Source: Candidatus Hodarchaeota archaeon (GTDB taxonomy: Archaea > Asgardarchaeota > Heimdallarchaeia > Hodarchaeales > Hodarchaeaceae). From it: a stretch of 25,482 nucleotides of DNA. The stretch spans positions 1 to 25,482 of the forward strand of contig JAHQWW010000047.1 in assembly GCA_029856365.1 (NCBI GenBank), in the 5' to 3' direction. Under the pieces are notes generated by a model. It worked only from the letters and a program-made list of their open reading frames with translations. It had not been told where the DNA came from and made no database searches. Made by a program: the position numbers and the translations under genes. This document shows positions 1-9,569 of this stretch, piece by piece; positions within the stretch are counted from its first letter, which is position 1; every line of letters begins with the position of its first letter.

Positions 1-174
1 CCAGCTATAGGTATAATTCCAAGTCAGCTCGGGGATGGCTGACTCCTCCTGTAAAGGCTTCTGCTGTGCCTGACCGTTGTTCGCCAAAAAGATATACGTT
101 GTTTGATTGGAAAAGGGGTGAAATACCAGTAATCCGATCGTTATTGAAAGTAATAGTATATTATGGCCTCGCAA
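1..174 (-). CDS. N-terminal part of a secreted/membrane-anchored protein (runs off the window start)
   Basis: Manual translation from TTG at 174: MRGHNILLLSITIGLLVFHPFSNQTTYIFLANNGQAQQKPLQEESAIPELTWNYTYSW..., open to position 1. It has an N-terminal hydrophobic signal-like stretch, N-x-T sequons and an AGGATGA SD-like motif just upstream. Confidence 0.55.
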   Translation of the reverse strand, partial: MRGHNILLLSITIGLLVFHPFSNQTTYIFLANNGQAQQKPLQEESAIPELTWNYTYSW

Positions 175-1084
175 GTACAGATCATCCTATTTAGATAGAA
201 CAACTAAACCGAACTTCATTCATTAATCAAGAATAAATTTGTTTCCAGGTTATTTAAAATTTTGGATGAATGTAAACTCATTCATTACATTAGAATGTTC
301 TCTTCCAAACCTTTTTACTTAACTATGAGGAGGGAAGCCAATGTTTCCTCCCTTTCTATCTGGTAATATAGGATGCTTTAGGATTAGAACCTTGTTATTT
401 AGAGATAAAAAAATTGAACTATTCCAGCATAAAGATTTTAACTTATTAGGCTTAGGAAAATTGCTTATTAGTCAAAATATAATATCTAAATTAGATAAAA
501 GGTGAGAGTTTAATTTTCCAAATTAATTAGATCATAACATTCTTTAACCATTGTGTAAAAGAAAATTGCTGTTGCTTGTTTAGAGTGTTTGTTAATTGTT
601 TTTGCCATGTTTTAGCAGCTGGATTAGTAGAGTTATTAATGTGATTAAAATAATAATCTAGTGATGGAAAACGACATTTAGTTTGGGTATACAGATTTTG
701 AGGAGGAAAATCAATTTTTTTGGGGATTTTTTAGGTTGGAATTGCAGTTTTTACAGTTGTATCTTGATCTGTAGTTGTATCAATTTCAGTTGTATAATTT
801 GGATTTGGATTTATGGAATCGAATTGAATAAAAAATAAACATACTTATTATTGATGAATCAAATTGAAAGTATTAGATAGCATCTATCTGAAAAAAGACG
901 ATATATACCTAATAAGGCTTTAGTTATCTATTTTTTTATTCTCAATCAAGTGATAAACAAGACCTGGAAGAAAAAAGCTAGACAAATCAAATGAATTTGT
1001 CAATCTCGCGTTTAAAAAAAGAAGAAAATTTATTATATACATTTTTATGACCTAAATGCAGGTATTAATAGCGGAGAAAGTATA

Positions 1085-2221
1085 ATGAAGTGTCTTGTTT
1101 TAGGAGCTGGTCTTGTTGGGAGTGCTATCGCCATTGATTTAGCAATGGATCAAGATATGGATGTAACAGTTGCAGATGTAAACCAGTCTTCCTTAGATAA
1201 ATTAAAATCACAACATATTAACGTGATATACGTTGATTTATCTGACTCACAAACTTTGAAAAGCACGGTAATGGACTTTGATATTATTGTTGGAGCATTA
1301 CCAGGTTTTATGGGGTTTGAAACGCTTAAAGCCATTATAGAAGCTGGTAAAAATGTTGTAGATATTGCATTTTTTCCTGAGGACGCTTTTAAACTGGATA
1401 GACTCGCTAAAGACAATAATGTGACCGCAGTAGTTGACTGTGGGGTTTCTCCTGGTTTTAGTAGTATCATACTAGGCCATCTCCATAGTTCCTTAGAGAA
1501 AATCGATTCTTACACTTGCTATGTTGGAGGTCTTCCAGTAATAAGAGAGAAGCCTCTTGAATACAAGACTCATTTTTCACTCATTGACATGATCGAAGAT
1601 TATACAACACCAGCGAGATTTGTTGTAAATGGTGATCTTGTTATCCGACCAGCATTATCTGATCCTGAAATAATAGATTTCCCTGGAATTGGTTCTCTTG
1701 AAGCCTTCAATATGGATGGATTAAGAACCTTGACAAAGACATTCCCTGACATTCCTGACAAGATAGAGAAAACATTGCGTTATCCTGGCCATATAGAAAA
1801 GATGAAACTACTAATGGAGCTAGGTTTCTTTTCCCACGAAACCATTCAAGTCAAAGGGGTAAAAATCAAGCCCATAGATCTCACCACGAAATTGTTGTTC
1901 CCGAAGTGGAAACTCAAGGAAGGTGAAGAGGATCTCATGGTAATGCAAATAATCATTAAAGGAGAGAAACAAGGTAGGAAAGTTACTTACTGTTATGATA
2001 TGCTTGACCGTTATGATAGAAACTCAAAGACACTATCCATGGCCCGTACTACAGGTTATACTTGCTCCATAGTTACCCGCCTCGTTGCTAAGGGTGTTTA
2101 TAATAGGAAAGGGATATCTCCACCGGAGTATATAGGACAAAATAGTACGTGTTACAGTACACTCCTGAAAGAACTGGAGAAGAGAGATGTTACTATCACA
2201 GAAACCATAGAAGAGCTGTAA
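1085..2221 (+). CDS. Saccharopine dehydrogenase / lysine 6-dehydrogenase family NAD(P)-dependent oxidoreductase
   Basis: Rossmann motif VLGAGLVG, ALPGFMG, DCGVSPG, YVGGLP, LEAFNMDGLRTL and EKTLRYPGH, all typical of the family. GGAGA SD upstream. Confidence 0.88.
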   Translation: MKCLVLGAGLVGSAIAIDLAMDQDMDVTVADVNQSSLDKLKSQHINVIYVDLSDSQTLKSTVMDFDIIVGALPGFMGFETLKAIIEAGKNVVDIAFFPEDAFKLDRLAKDNNVTAVVDCGVSPGFSSIILGHLHSSLEKIDSYTCYVGGLPVIREKPLEYKTHFSLIDMIEDYTTPARFVVNGDLVIRPALSDPEIIDFPGIGSLEAFNMDGLRTLTKTFPDIPDKIEKTLRYPGHIEKMKLLMELGFFSHETIQVKGVKIKPIDLTTKLLFPKWKLKEGEEDLMVMQIIIKGEKQGRKVTYCYDMLDRYDRNSKTLSMARTTGYTCSIVTRLVAKGVYNRKGISPPEYIGQNSTCYSTLLKELEKRDVTITETIEEL

Positions 2222-2484
2222 AACGAAATATTTGGTCAAAATTCCTTAAACCATTGGTTTTCTTGCGGATCTCTATATCAGAAGTTTTCTATTAATATGG
2301 GAAAAATATTAGCCAACATTAAACGTTGGTTTGGTTATGAGAATTATATAATTCTCATTTCTCGAAGTCCAGACATTGTCATTCACTCTCTTTTCACATT
2401 CTACCTGTTTTCTTACTTAGTTATCTTCCGCTCTAATTAATAAAGATTTATGAAAACAATTTATTCAAGAGTTGAAATTAACCT

Positions 2485-3303
2485 ATGCACATCAAAGGAA
2501 CAGAAAAATTGAGAGAAAAATTACCTTCTTACTCTGGAAGAAAAATTATATTTATTTCATTAATAGCAATTTCATCTATAACTGTAGGTGCATTATTATA
2601 TGTTTTTATGAATTTAATGCGTTACTTTTTTCCTGAAAATGAATTTATAATTCTAATTGAACCAATACTTCCAATTCTTTTCCAGATGCTATTATTAAGC
2701 TCAGGATTCTTCTTAGTTTCAACAATGTGGAGTAGAAAAGTAAAATTACTAGAAAATGATCACAGACGAGCTTACGAAATAGGAGCTATCCCTGGTTGTA
2801 TTTGAATACCCCTTGTTCTATTTACCTCTCTGCAATCAATTATTCCTATTTACCTCTTCTTTCCTCCTAAGAATCCCTTAACTATTGTTTTATCAACCCT
2901 TTTTATTCAATCAAACCAATTAATAACGATAAGCATGAATTTAATTGGTCTCTTATGTCTGTTTTTGGGATTATTATTAGTTAGAAAAACTTTGATGGTC
3001 TTTGGATTTGATTATATGGCATTAGTGTATCTTTATTATCCAGAGGAATCAGAAGTACAACAGCACAACATTTACTCCATCCTCCGACATCCAACTTATT
3101 TTGCCGTAATTTTGACCGCTTTCGGAGGTTGGTTAATTACATTATCTTTTTACTCTTTTACTTCGTTTTTATTACTATTTCTAGGTTTTAATTTTCATTT
3201 ACAACTAGTTGAGGAGAAAGAATTGATTCAACGGTCTGGTGATTCCTACCTAGAGTACCAAAAGAAAGTACCTGGTCTATTATTACGCCCTCTAGTATTT
3301 TAG
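2485..3303 (+). pseudogene. ICMT/PEMT-like integral-membrane methyltransferase, interrupted by one in-frame TGA (2803-2805)
   Basis: ORFs 2485-2805 and 2935-3303 share a frame, and 2806-2934 is open and hydrophobic (IPLVLFTSLQSIIPIYLFFPPKN...). The C-terminus has family motifs IYSILRHPTY and EEKELIQRSGDSYLEYQKKVP. Confidence 0.75.
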
Positions 3304-3631
3304 ACTTATTAAAATTTATGGAAATTGACTATTAGATGGAAAAATTAAACATGGAATAGGTGTTAGTTTTATGATACATTTGATTTGGCCCTATAAAGGA
3401 ATAAAATTAGTTAAATTTGTTATAGTGATTGCGTTACTTATTATTAGTTTTGGTACACCTATCTTCGGTGAATGGACTTGATACTTTTTACATTACACGT
3501 TGGTTATTTGTCATAATTTTCAAACTTCAAAAAAAGTATGTTCCAAATGTCGCTTTTTCAGGGTGTTTAAAAATAAAAGTATGGGTTTTTCTAAAAAACC
3601 CCACGAACAACCAACAAATGTTTGATGATCA

Positions 3632-4693
3632 TTAATGAAGGAATTTTTTCATAACCTTAATTATCTGTTCTATGCTAAAGTCTATATCTTCAGTCGTAAT
3701 TCCATAATGAGTTACAAGACGTAATTTATTCTTTTTATGCAGAGTTAGAACACCCTTATTCCCCAGTGCTCTAACGAGTTTCTCCATTGGTGTTGTTGGT
3801 GGACATTCGACCATAAGTATATTGGTTTCGGGTTTACTGAATTGGATTGGAAGAGAAGAGTCCTTTAAACCACTTGCCAATCGTTTAGCATTCCTATGGT
3901 CATCTTCAAGGCGTTTTATCCATTTTTCCTGTAATGCTAAAAGTCCCATCACAGCAATGATACCTGCTTGTCGCATTCCACCTCCAAGCATTTTGCGGAA
4001 TTTTCGTGCTTTGTCAATAAACTCTTGAGAACCAACAACAACAGATCCAATGGGGCATGAAAGTCCTTTGGAAAGACAAAAAACCATACTATCTACGTGT
4101 TGTGTGAAGTCAGTAATCGGCAATTTCATTGAAACAACCGCATTAAAGATACGAGCTCCATCCATGTGAATTTTCATGTCGTTATTTGATTCAGTAAACT
4201 TATTGAGATCTTTCAAATATGCTGGGGAAAGAACGGTTCCACCATGGTTGTTATGCGTATTTTCTACACAAAGCAAAGTTATCCAAGGTTGGTGATCATC
4301 ATCCCGTGGTCGAATTAATGGTTGTAAATCATCATCTAGAGATGCAATTCCTTTATTAGAAAAATAAGGTCTGGGTGTCAATCCCCCAATTCGCGCAGCG
4401 CCACCTACCTCGTAGTATAAAATATGGCTCATTGATTCAACTAATATTTCATCCCCAGGCTGAGTAGAACCCAGTAATGAGACTAAGTTTCCTTGGGTCC
4501 CCGATGTTACTAATAGGGCAGCTTCTTTCCCTGTAATTTTAGCTGCAGTGTCTTCCAATTCATTAACAGTTGGATCTTCACGATAGACATCATCACCAAT
4601 TTGTGTATTGTCAAGAGATTTTAATGCTTTCCACATCTCTGGGGAAGGTTTAGTTACAGTATCTGACCTAAGGTCAACTATTTTGGTCTGCAT
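3632..4693 (-). CDS. ltaE: Low-specificity L-threonine aldolase (PLP-dependent)
   Basis: DLRSDTVT, GDDVY.EDPTV, SGTQGN, ENTHN, HMDGARIFNA, PLP-lysine motif CLSKGL, LGGGMRQAG. Confidence 0.93.
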   Translation of the reverse strand: MQTKIVDLRSDTVTKPSPEMWKALKSLDNTQIGDDVYREDPTVNELEDTAAKITGKEAALLVTSGTQGNLVSLLGSTQPGDEILVESMSHILYYEVGGAARIGGLTPRPYFSNKGIASLDDDLQPLIRPRDDDHQPWITLLCVENTHNNHGGTVLSPAYLKDLNKFTESNNDMKIHMDGARIFNAVVSMKLPITDFTQHVDSMVFCLSKGLSCPIGSVVVGSQEFIDKARKFRKMLGGGMRQAGIIAVMGLLALQEKWIKRLEDDHRNAKRLASGLKDSSLPIQFSKPETNILMVECPPTTPMEKLVRALGNKGVLTLHKKNKLRLVTHYGITTEDIDFSIEQIIKVMKKFLH

Positions 4694-5972
4694 TTCTTTT
4701 CACTTCAAATGATTCAGCCAGATGAGGCAATAGATAGAACATAGCAATGATATAAAATGGAATGAGTGCTAATTCAACCACTATGGAGACAATAAATGGG
4801 GATTTTGAACCAAATAAATCCCAAACGATTCCTCCAAATAAAGGTCCAATAATTGCCCCAAAATTAGAAAAAGTCGATTGAAAACCAAATATCTTCCCTC
4901 GATGACTTTTTGAAACACGACTAATAAAATTACTCAGGACTAAACCTCCTGTTGTAACTACAGTAACATCCATAATCAAAAGAGCTGCAAAGACCCATAG
5001 ATTAGTCGTATTTATAAGAAAGAATGTAATTAGGGCCCCTAAACCGCTTGCTAAACTGATCCCTATATAAGGATTGGTATGATCAGCAATTTCTCCAAGT
5101 TTGGGGGCTAACAACATTGATACAAATCCAGATGGAGCATAAGCTAGTGCTGCTAATGTTGGATTATCTTCAATGTTCTCAAGTAAATAAACGTTAAGGA
5201 ATGGTTTCGCTAGGGAACCATTGGTTGAACTTAAGAAAAGAACAACAAAAAGTAAACTTAAACCAATCACTAAACTTGAAGGAACCCATTTTTGAACCGA
5301 TTGACTAGCTATGGATTCATTCCTAAAGTTTTCAATATATTTGACCGATTCATCAACACATATGAGGAAAACTATTCCAGCTAAGATATTTACTAAACCA
5401 AAAACAATTAATGCACTATAAATCAGAAATGAGTTGTGTGGAGCGATTTCAAAAGCAATCAATAATATACCAAATCCAACAAATGCTCCAAAAAATGTTC
5501 CTATTCCCTCTGCGGATTCTCTTCGACCATAGGCATAAGAGCGATTTTTTACACTAGATTTTTCTGCTATTAAAGTGTTTAAGGGAATCCAAAAGAAACC
5601 AGCTAAAAAACCGAGGAAAAACATACCCAATGCTATTCCAAGAAGTGATTTCAAAATAATAGCACCATAAAGAATGAAGTATGCAACTCCCCTTCCAATC
5701 GAACCAATGAAAACTAATAGCTTCTTTGATACTCGATCTGTAATTGCTCCTACAAATGGCGATGAAATCATATATCCAACAACGATAACAGAGAATATGA
5801 CTCCCATATCTATTCCAGCAGCTTGTAACTCTTGGGAAGCAACATAAGGAATTAGAAAATCAAGGAAGAAGAAACCCAAGGAATTGAATATGATAATTTT
5901 AATCATTGAGCTGAAATCATCAGTGACACGACTTTCGTATGTGTTTTTTTCGTCATTAACTGATGAAATCAC
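4674..5972 (-). CDS. Major facilitator superfamily transporter
   Basis: About 12 hydrophobic segments and motif A-like GAITDRVSKK and GEIADHTN. It overlaps the ltaE start by 20 nt, so probably an operon. Confidence 0.88.
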   Translation of the reverse strand: MISSVNDEKNTYESRVTDDFSSMIKIIIFNSLGFFFLDFLIPYVASQELQAAGIDMGVIFSVIVVGYMISSPFVGAITDRVSKKLLVFIGSIGRGVAYFILYGAIILKSLLGIALGMFFLGFLAGFFWIPLNTLIAEKSSVKNRSYAYGRRESAEGIGTFFGAFVGFGILLIAFEIAPHNSFLIYSALIVFGLVNILAGIVFLICVDESVKYIENFRNESIASQSVQKWVPSSLVIGLSLLFVVLFLSSTNGSLAKPFLNVYLLENIEDNPTLAALAYAPSGFVSMLLAPKLGEIADHTNPYIGISLASGLGALITFFLINTTNLWVFAALLIMDVTVVTTGGLVLSNFISRVSKSHRGKIFGFQSTFSNFGAIIGPLFGGIVWDLFGSKSPFIVSIVVELALIPFYIIAMFYLLPHLAESFEVKRNADQNS

Positions 5973-6082
5973 TGGATTTTACACCAATTCAAGATCGAAA
6001 ACAGATACAAATAAAATGATTATCATTGTATGTGGAGCTAAGTTCTGATATTCCCAAGTATATATTCTAATGGTTTAATTCT

Positions 6083-6586
6083 GTGATGAATGCAATGAGA
6101 GAGATTAAGCGAAAAGAAAAAGCTATCACTGATGTTGATGAAATGAAAGAAATCCTTCTTAAAGCTCAATATGTGACTCTTGCAATGAGTAAGGAGAACC
6201 AGCCTTATCTTGTTACTCTAAGTCATGGTTATGATCCAGAAAAAGGAGTAATATTCTTCCATTGCGCCTCTGAAGGAAAAAAAATAGATTATTTAACTTC
6301 AAATGACGTGGTTTGGGGACAAGCACTGATCGATCATGGATATGCTCAAGGGGCATGTGACCACCTATATGCAACAACTCAGTTCAAGGGAAAAGTGTCA
6401 TTTATTCATGATATGGACGAGAAAATGCAAGCATTGATAAACATGATTCAAAAACTGGATAAAAATCCTCAAGCCATAATTAACACCCAACTACGTGAAA
6501 AATCTGTTGCTAAAGTAACCATAGGAAGAATAGATATTGAATATATGACTGGAAAAAAGCAAATAACAGTGAATATCTCATTGTAA
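6083..6586 (+). CDS. Pyridoxamine 5'-phosphate oxidase-like flavin-binding protein (NimA-like family)
   Basis: N-terminal MREIKRKEK, QPYLVTLSHGY, IFFHCASEGKKID and C-terminal IEYMTGKK pattern. The true start may be the ATG at 6086 or 6095. Confidence 0.82.
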   Translation: MMNAMREIKRKEKAITDVDEMKEILLKAQYVTLAMSKENQPYLVTLSHGYDPEKGVIFFHCASEGKKIDYLTSNDVVWGQALIDHGYAQGACDHLYATTQFKGKVSFIHDMDEKMQALINMIQKLDKNPQAIINTQLREKSVAKVTIGRIDIEYMTGKKQITVNISL

Positions 6587-6608
6587 TTAGACATTTTTTA
6601 CTGATATA

Positions 6609-8402
6609 GTGATTAAAATGGAAGAAATAAAAGAAGTTGCATGGGATCTAACGCTTATCTTCAAAACTAATGAAGAAATTCAGCAAACTATTGAAAAAGC
6701 TAGATATGAAGCAGAAATGATTGAAAAAGATTACCGTGGGAAAATAAATACAGTGAAAACAACTGCTAATGATCTTCTTCGATTGTTTGAACGCCTAGAA
6801 AGCTTAAAGGAAAAATCAGAAGGATTGTTCTTTTATGGGCAGTTAAAGGTTGGTGCTGACCAAACAAACGAAGAAGCATTAGAACTATTAAACACAGTAA
6901 AAAATTTTCGGCTAGAGATCAAGAAAAAGATCGCTTTTATCGAAATAGAATTGGGGAAGTTATTAGAGAGTAATGAAGAATTTCTACAATCATTAATTTT
7001 AGAGGATTATCACCATTTTTTGAAAAAAACTCTTAGGAAACATAAACACAAACTATCTGAAGTAGAGGAACGATTAATTCTCGAAAAAGATCTGAATGGA
7101 GTATTGGCTTGGTCGCAATTTCGAGCAGAGTGGTTAGGTAGTAAACCATTTAAAGCAATAATTGACAACAAAGAGAAGACGTTTTATTGGAGTGAAGCTC
7201 AAGGTCTAATGAGATCACCAGTTAGAACCAATCGGAAAAATACCATTTTTGCGATTATGGATACTTTAAAAGAAGATGGGAGCATATTTTCAGCTTCATT
7301 ACGTAGTATTTGCGCCAATCATGTTTCGATGGCAAAATATAGAAATTACGATACCATGGCCTCTAGTTTAATTACTAATGATATCTCACAAGAAATGATT
7401 GATAATTTATTTGCAGTAATAGAGGACAATCTAGACATCTTTCATGAGATTTTGTTGCTAAAAGCCAAAGTATTAGGTACTGAAAAATTATTAGGGGAAG
7501 ATCTTTGGGCACCTATCTCTCAACAGGGAGAAGAATCAGAAAAGATAACTTGGAATGAGGCAAAAATAAGAGTTGCTGGACTTCTGAAGGATTTCGACGA
7601 AGAATTCGGAAAAATTGCAAACAAGATGTTTGAAGAACATCATATTGATGCTTCCCCCAGGAAAGGAAAACGAGGAGGAGCTTTTTGTTCAACCAATGAA
7701 TATGCAAAAGAATGCTTCATCTTACAGTCCTTTAATGAAACATTCAATGATTTAAGTACGTTAGCTCATGAGATGGGTCATGCTATACACGGTTATTTAA
7801 CCTTAGAAGCACAAACCCTGATTAATTGGGATATTTCATTTTGTATTGCGGAGTGTGCCTCAGAATTTGTACGGTTTCTGTTAATAGATAAAATGAAAGA
7901 AGTTGTTGATAATTCTCAGAAACGTACTATTTTATATAACCACTTGGAAGACCTAGCAATTATAATATTTGAGGTGGGATCACGAACACAATTTGAGAAA
8001 AGTCTATATAGTGCTATCGAAGCAGGTGAATACCTAAACGTTGAGAAAATATCAGAGCTATTTTTAAAGTCCAGAAAAGATTATTTTGGAGATACTATCG
8101 AATTCTTACCACAACAGAAGTACGATTGGATGTGGAAACCACATTATTTCAGAATAGACTTACGATTCTATAATTATCCTTATGTGTTCGCCGAATTAAT
8201 AGTCCTTGCATTATATAATAAATTCAAAAGTGAAGGAGAATCGTTTAAGCCCAAATTTAAAGCATTTCTCGCTGCTGGATCGTCCAAGTCGCCTCAAGAA
8301 TTAGTTAAAGATATGGGTATGGATCTTACAACAAAAGAATTTTGGCAAATGGGATTAGATGAAATGAGATCCATCTTGAGAGACGTGAAAAGCTTATTCT
8401 GA
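6609..8402 (+). CDS. pepF: Oligoendopeptidase F (peptidase family M3B)
   Basis: N-terminal WDL, GKRGGAFC, zinc motif TLAHEMGHAIH, AECASE, PHYF...FYNYPYVF. Likely start is the ATG at 6618. Confidence 0.9.
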   Translation: MIKMEEIKEVAWDLTLIFKTNEEIQQTIEKARYEAEMIEKDYRGKINTVKTTANDLLRLFERLESLKEKSEGLFFYGQLKVGADQTNEEALELLNTVKNFRLEIKKKIAFIEIELGKLLESNEEFLQSLILEDYHHFLKKTLRKHKHKLSEVEERLILEKDLNGVLAWSQFRAEWLGSKPFKAIIDNKEKTFYWSEAQGLMRSPVRTNRKNTIFAIMDTLKEDGSIFSASLRSICANHVSMAKYRNYDTMASSLITNDISQEMIDNLFAVIEDNLDIFHEILLLKAKVLGTEKLLGEDLWAPISQQGEESEKITWNEAKIRVAGLLKDFDEEFGKIANKMFEEHHIDASPRKGKRGGAFCSTNEYAKECFILQSFNETFNDLSTLAHEMGHAIHGYLTLEAQTLINWDISFCIAECASEFVRFLLIDKMKEVVDNSQKRTILYNHLEDLAIIIFEVGSRTQFEKSLYSAIEAGEYLNVEKISELFLKSRKDYFGDTIEFLPQQKYDWMWKPHYFRIDLRFYNYPYVFAELIVLALYNKFKSEGESFKPKFKAFLAAGSSKSPQELVKDMGMDLTTKEFWQMGLDEMRSILRDVKSLF

Positions 8403-8471
8403 TCCTTGATCACATTCTTTTGAAATATATAATTTAATTAACTATTTCAATTACTGCGATATTTTTATCGA

Positions 8472-8483
8472 CGAATTTATGTA
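8472..8483 (+). promoter_or_regulatory. Putative archaeal BRE/TATA promoter for msrB (probably a leaderless transcript)
   Basis: CGAA-TTTATGTA lies about 26 nt upstream of the ATG at 8509. Confidence 0.4.
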
Positions 8484-8508
8484 TTACATAAATGAAACAT
8501 ATATTAAG

Positions 8509-8904
8509 ATGAACCCTAACAAGAAAAAGACTAAAGAAGAATGGAAAAAAGCTCTTACAAAAGCGCAATTTTGGATACTCAGGAAAAAGGGTACCGAACG
8601 AGCTTTCACAGGGAAATATTGGAATCATTTTGAAAAAGGGGAATATAAGTGTGCAGGCTGTGGAACTCCACTCTTTGTGTCTGAAGAGAAATTTGAATCA
8701 AGTTGCGGATGGCCTAGTTTCTCTAATCCAGTCAAAGACACTATTGAAGAAAAACTAGATACCTCTCATGGAATGATTCGGACAGAAGTGCTATGTTCAG
8801 CATGTGGAGGACATTTGGGACATGTATTCAATGACGGCCCCAAAAAGAAAGGGGGTTTACGCTACTGTATCAATTCAGCTTCAATAGAGTTTGAACACCG
8901 ATGA
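8509..8904 (+). CDS. msrB: Peptide-methionine (R)-S-oxide reductase, Zn-binding Cys form
   Basis: KGTERAFTG, two CxxC Zn ligand pairs (CAGC, CSAC), [15 protein letters not shown] and catalytic RYCINS. Start moved from 8479 to 8509 based on family length and promoter spacing. Confidence 0.95.
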   Translation: MNPNKKKTKEEWKKALTKAQFWILRKKGTERAFTGKYWNHFEKGEYKCAGCGTPLFVSEEKFESSCGWPSFSNPVKDTIEEKLDTSHGMIRTEVLCSACGGHLGHVFNDGPKKKGGLRYCINSASIEFEHR

Positions 8905-8922
8905 AAAACTAAGTTCATTTAC

Positions 8923-9093
8923 TCATTGCAATTTTTTCAAACTTACTTGTTTTCTTAATCCAGAAATTAACAAGAAAAAAGCAGTTAGAATTATTACAAG
9001 AGGTATTGCAATAGCGATTAGTATTAAACTGAAAATTAAGAGATATTTGGTAGTTTGGTTTGTTGGTCTCTCAATGAAGACATCTAATGTCAT
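8923..9093 (-). CDS. Small single-pass membrane protein (56 aa), or remnant membrane anchor of a lost surface-protein gene
   Basis: Manual translation MTLDVFIERPTNQTTKYLLIFSLILIAIAIPLVIILTAFFLLISGLRKQVSLKKLQ shows a sequon, a long hydrophobic helix and a basic tail. Confidence 0.4.
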   Translation of the reverse strand: MTLDVFIERPTNQTTKYLLIFSLILIAIAIPLVIILTAFFLLISGLRKQVSLKKLQ

Positions 9094-9114
9094 GAATTAA
9101 TACTTCCATTTTGT

Positions 9115-9378
9115 TTAGCTATCAACGTGTTTTCTTAAAATTATGATTTGGCCTATTTCTTCCGCCCAAGTACGGATAAGTCCCCAATCTCGATTATCAC
9201 CCAAATGGCTGAATTGACCGACATACCGTCCCCCTAATGCCTTTCGAGAGGTTACCTGCAAATTGAACTTGTTAAGAGTATTATCAATCCATTTCTTCTG
9301 GAGTTTTTCATATTTTTCGAAATCTTTCTTTTGATAAGCCTCCCCAGCACCTCCAGACGACACTGTATAGATAAATCT
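9115..9378 (-). pseudogene. 5'-truncated flavodoxin-like (HemG/Flavodoxin_5-type) gene remnant
   Basis: VSSGGAG...ALGGRY...DNRDWGLIRTWAEEI matches the C-terminal half of this family. The N-terminal FMN-phosphate loop is absent and a micro-repeat lies in its place. Confidence 0.62.
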
Positions 9379-9410
9379 AGATATAGATAAATCTAGATAA
9401 ATCTATATAT
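9366..9410. repeat. Tandem palindromic micro-repeat (TATAGATAAATCTAGA x2 plus a partial third copy)
   Basis: Exact 16-mers at 9366-9381 and 9382-9397. The core palindrome TAGAT-AA-ATCTA occurs at 9368, 9384 and 9394. Confidence 0.85.
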
Positions 9411-9569
9411 AGTTTGTGTTAAAGGTATCATACTATAAACTAAATGATCCTCAGAACAATGACTTACTTCTCAAAAAGAAAATACTAGAGATTATCACAG
9501 GAAACCAGTAGATGAGATTTAATCCAGTATATGTTTTAGTGTCGTTTGAAGGGACTGTTCTCTAATCAG

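Noticed and set aside
3-194. Plus-strand open frame (SARGWLTPPV...) vaguely like a TnpB C-terminus
   Set aside because: No RuvC or zinc-finger motif is visible, and the minus-strand frame gives a more convincing signal-peptide-bearing protein.
1150-2239. ORF-track entries 1150-1470 and 2033-2239 (minus)
   Set aside because: Antisense shadows of the saccharopine dehydrogenase gene with no motifs.
2485-3303. ICMT-like gene as the methylase for a prenylated GTPase
   Set aside because: The GTPase has no CaaX/CC motif, the gene is interrupted and about 13 kb away, and the family is widespread in prokaryotes.
3429-4028. ORFs 3429-3635 and 3822-4028 (plus)
   Set aside because: The first is at best part of a frameshifted remnant; the second is antisense to ltaE.
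8509-8904. MsrB as a selenoprotein
   Set aside because: The catalytic residue is encoded by TGT (RYCINS); the only in-frame TGA is the terminal stop.
7513-9100. ORFs 7513-7707, 8434-8628 and 8891-9100
   Set aside because: Antisense to pepF, msrB or the small membrane ORF, with no independent support.
9366-9410. Micro-repeat as a CRISPR array
   Set aside because: The units are 10-16 bp with no spacers, and there are no cas genes.
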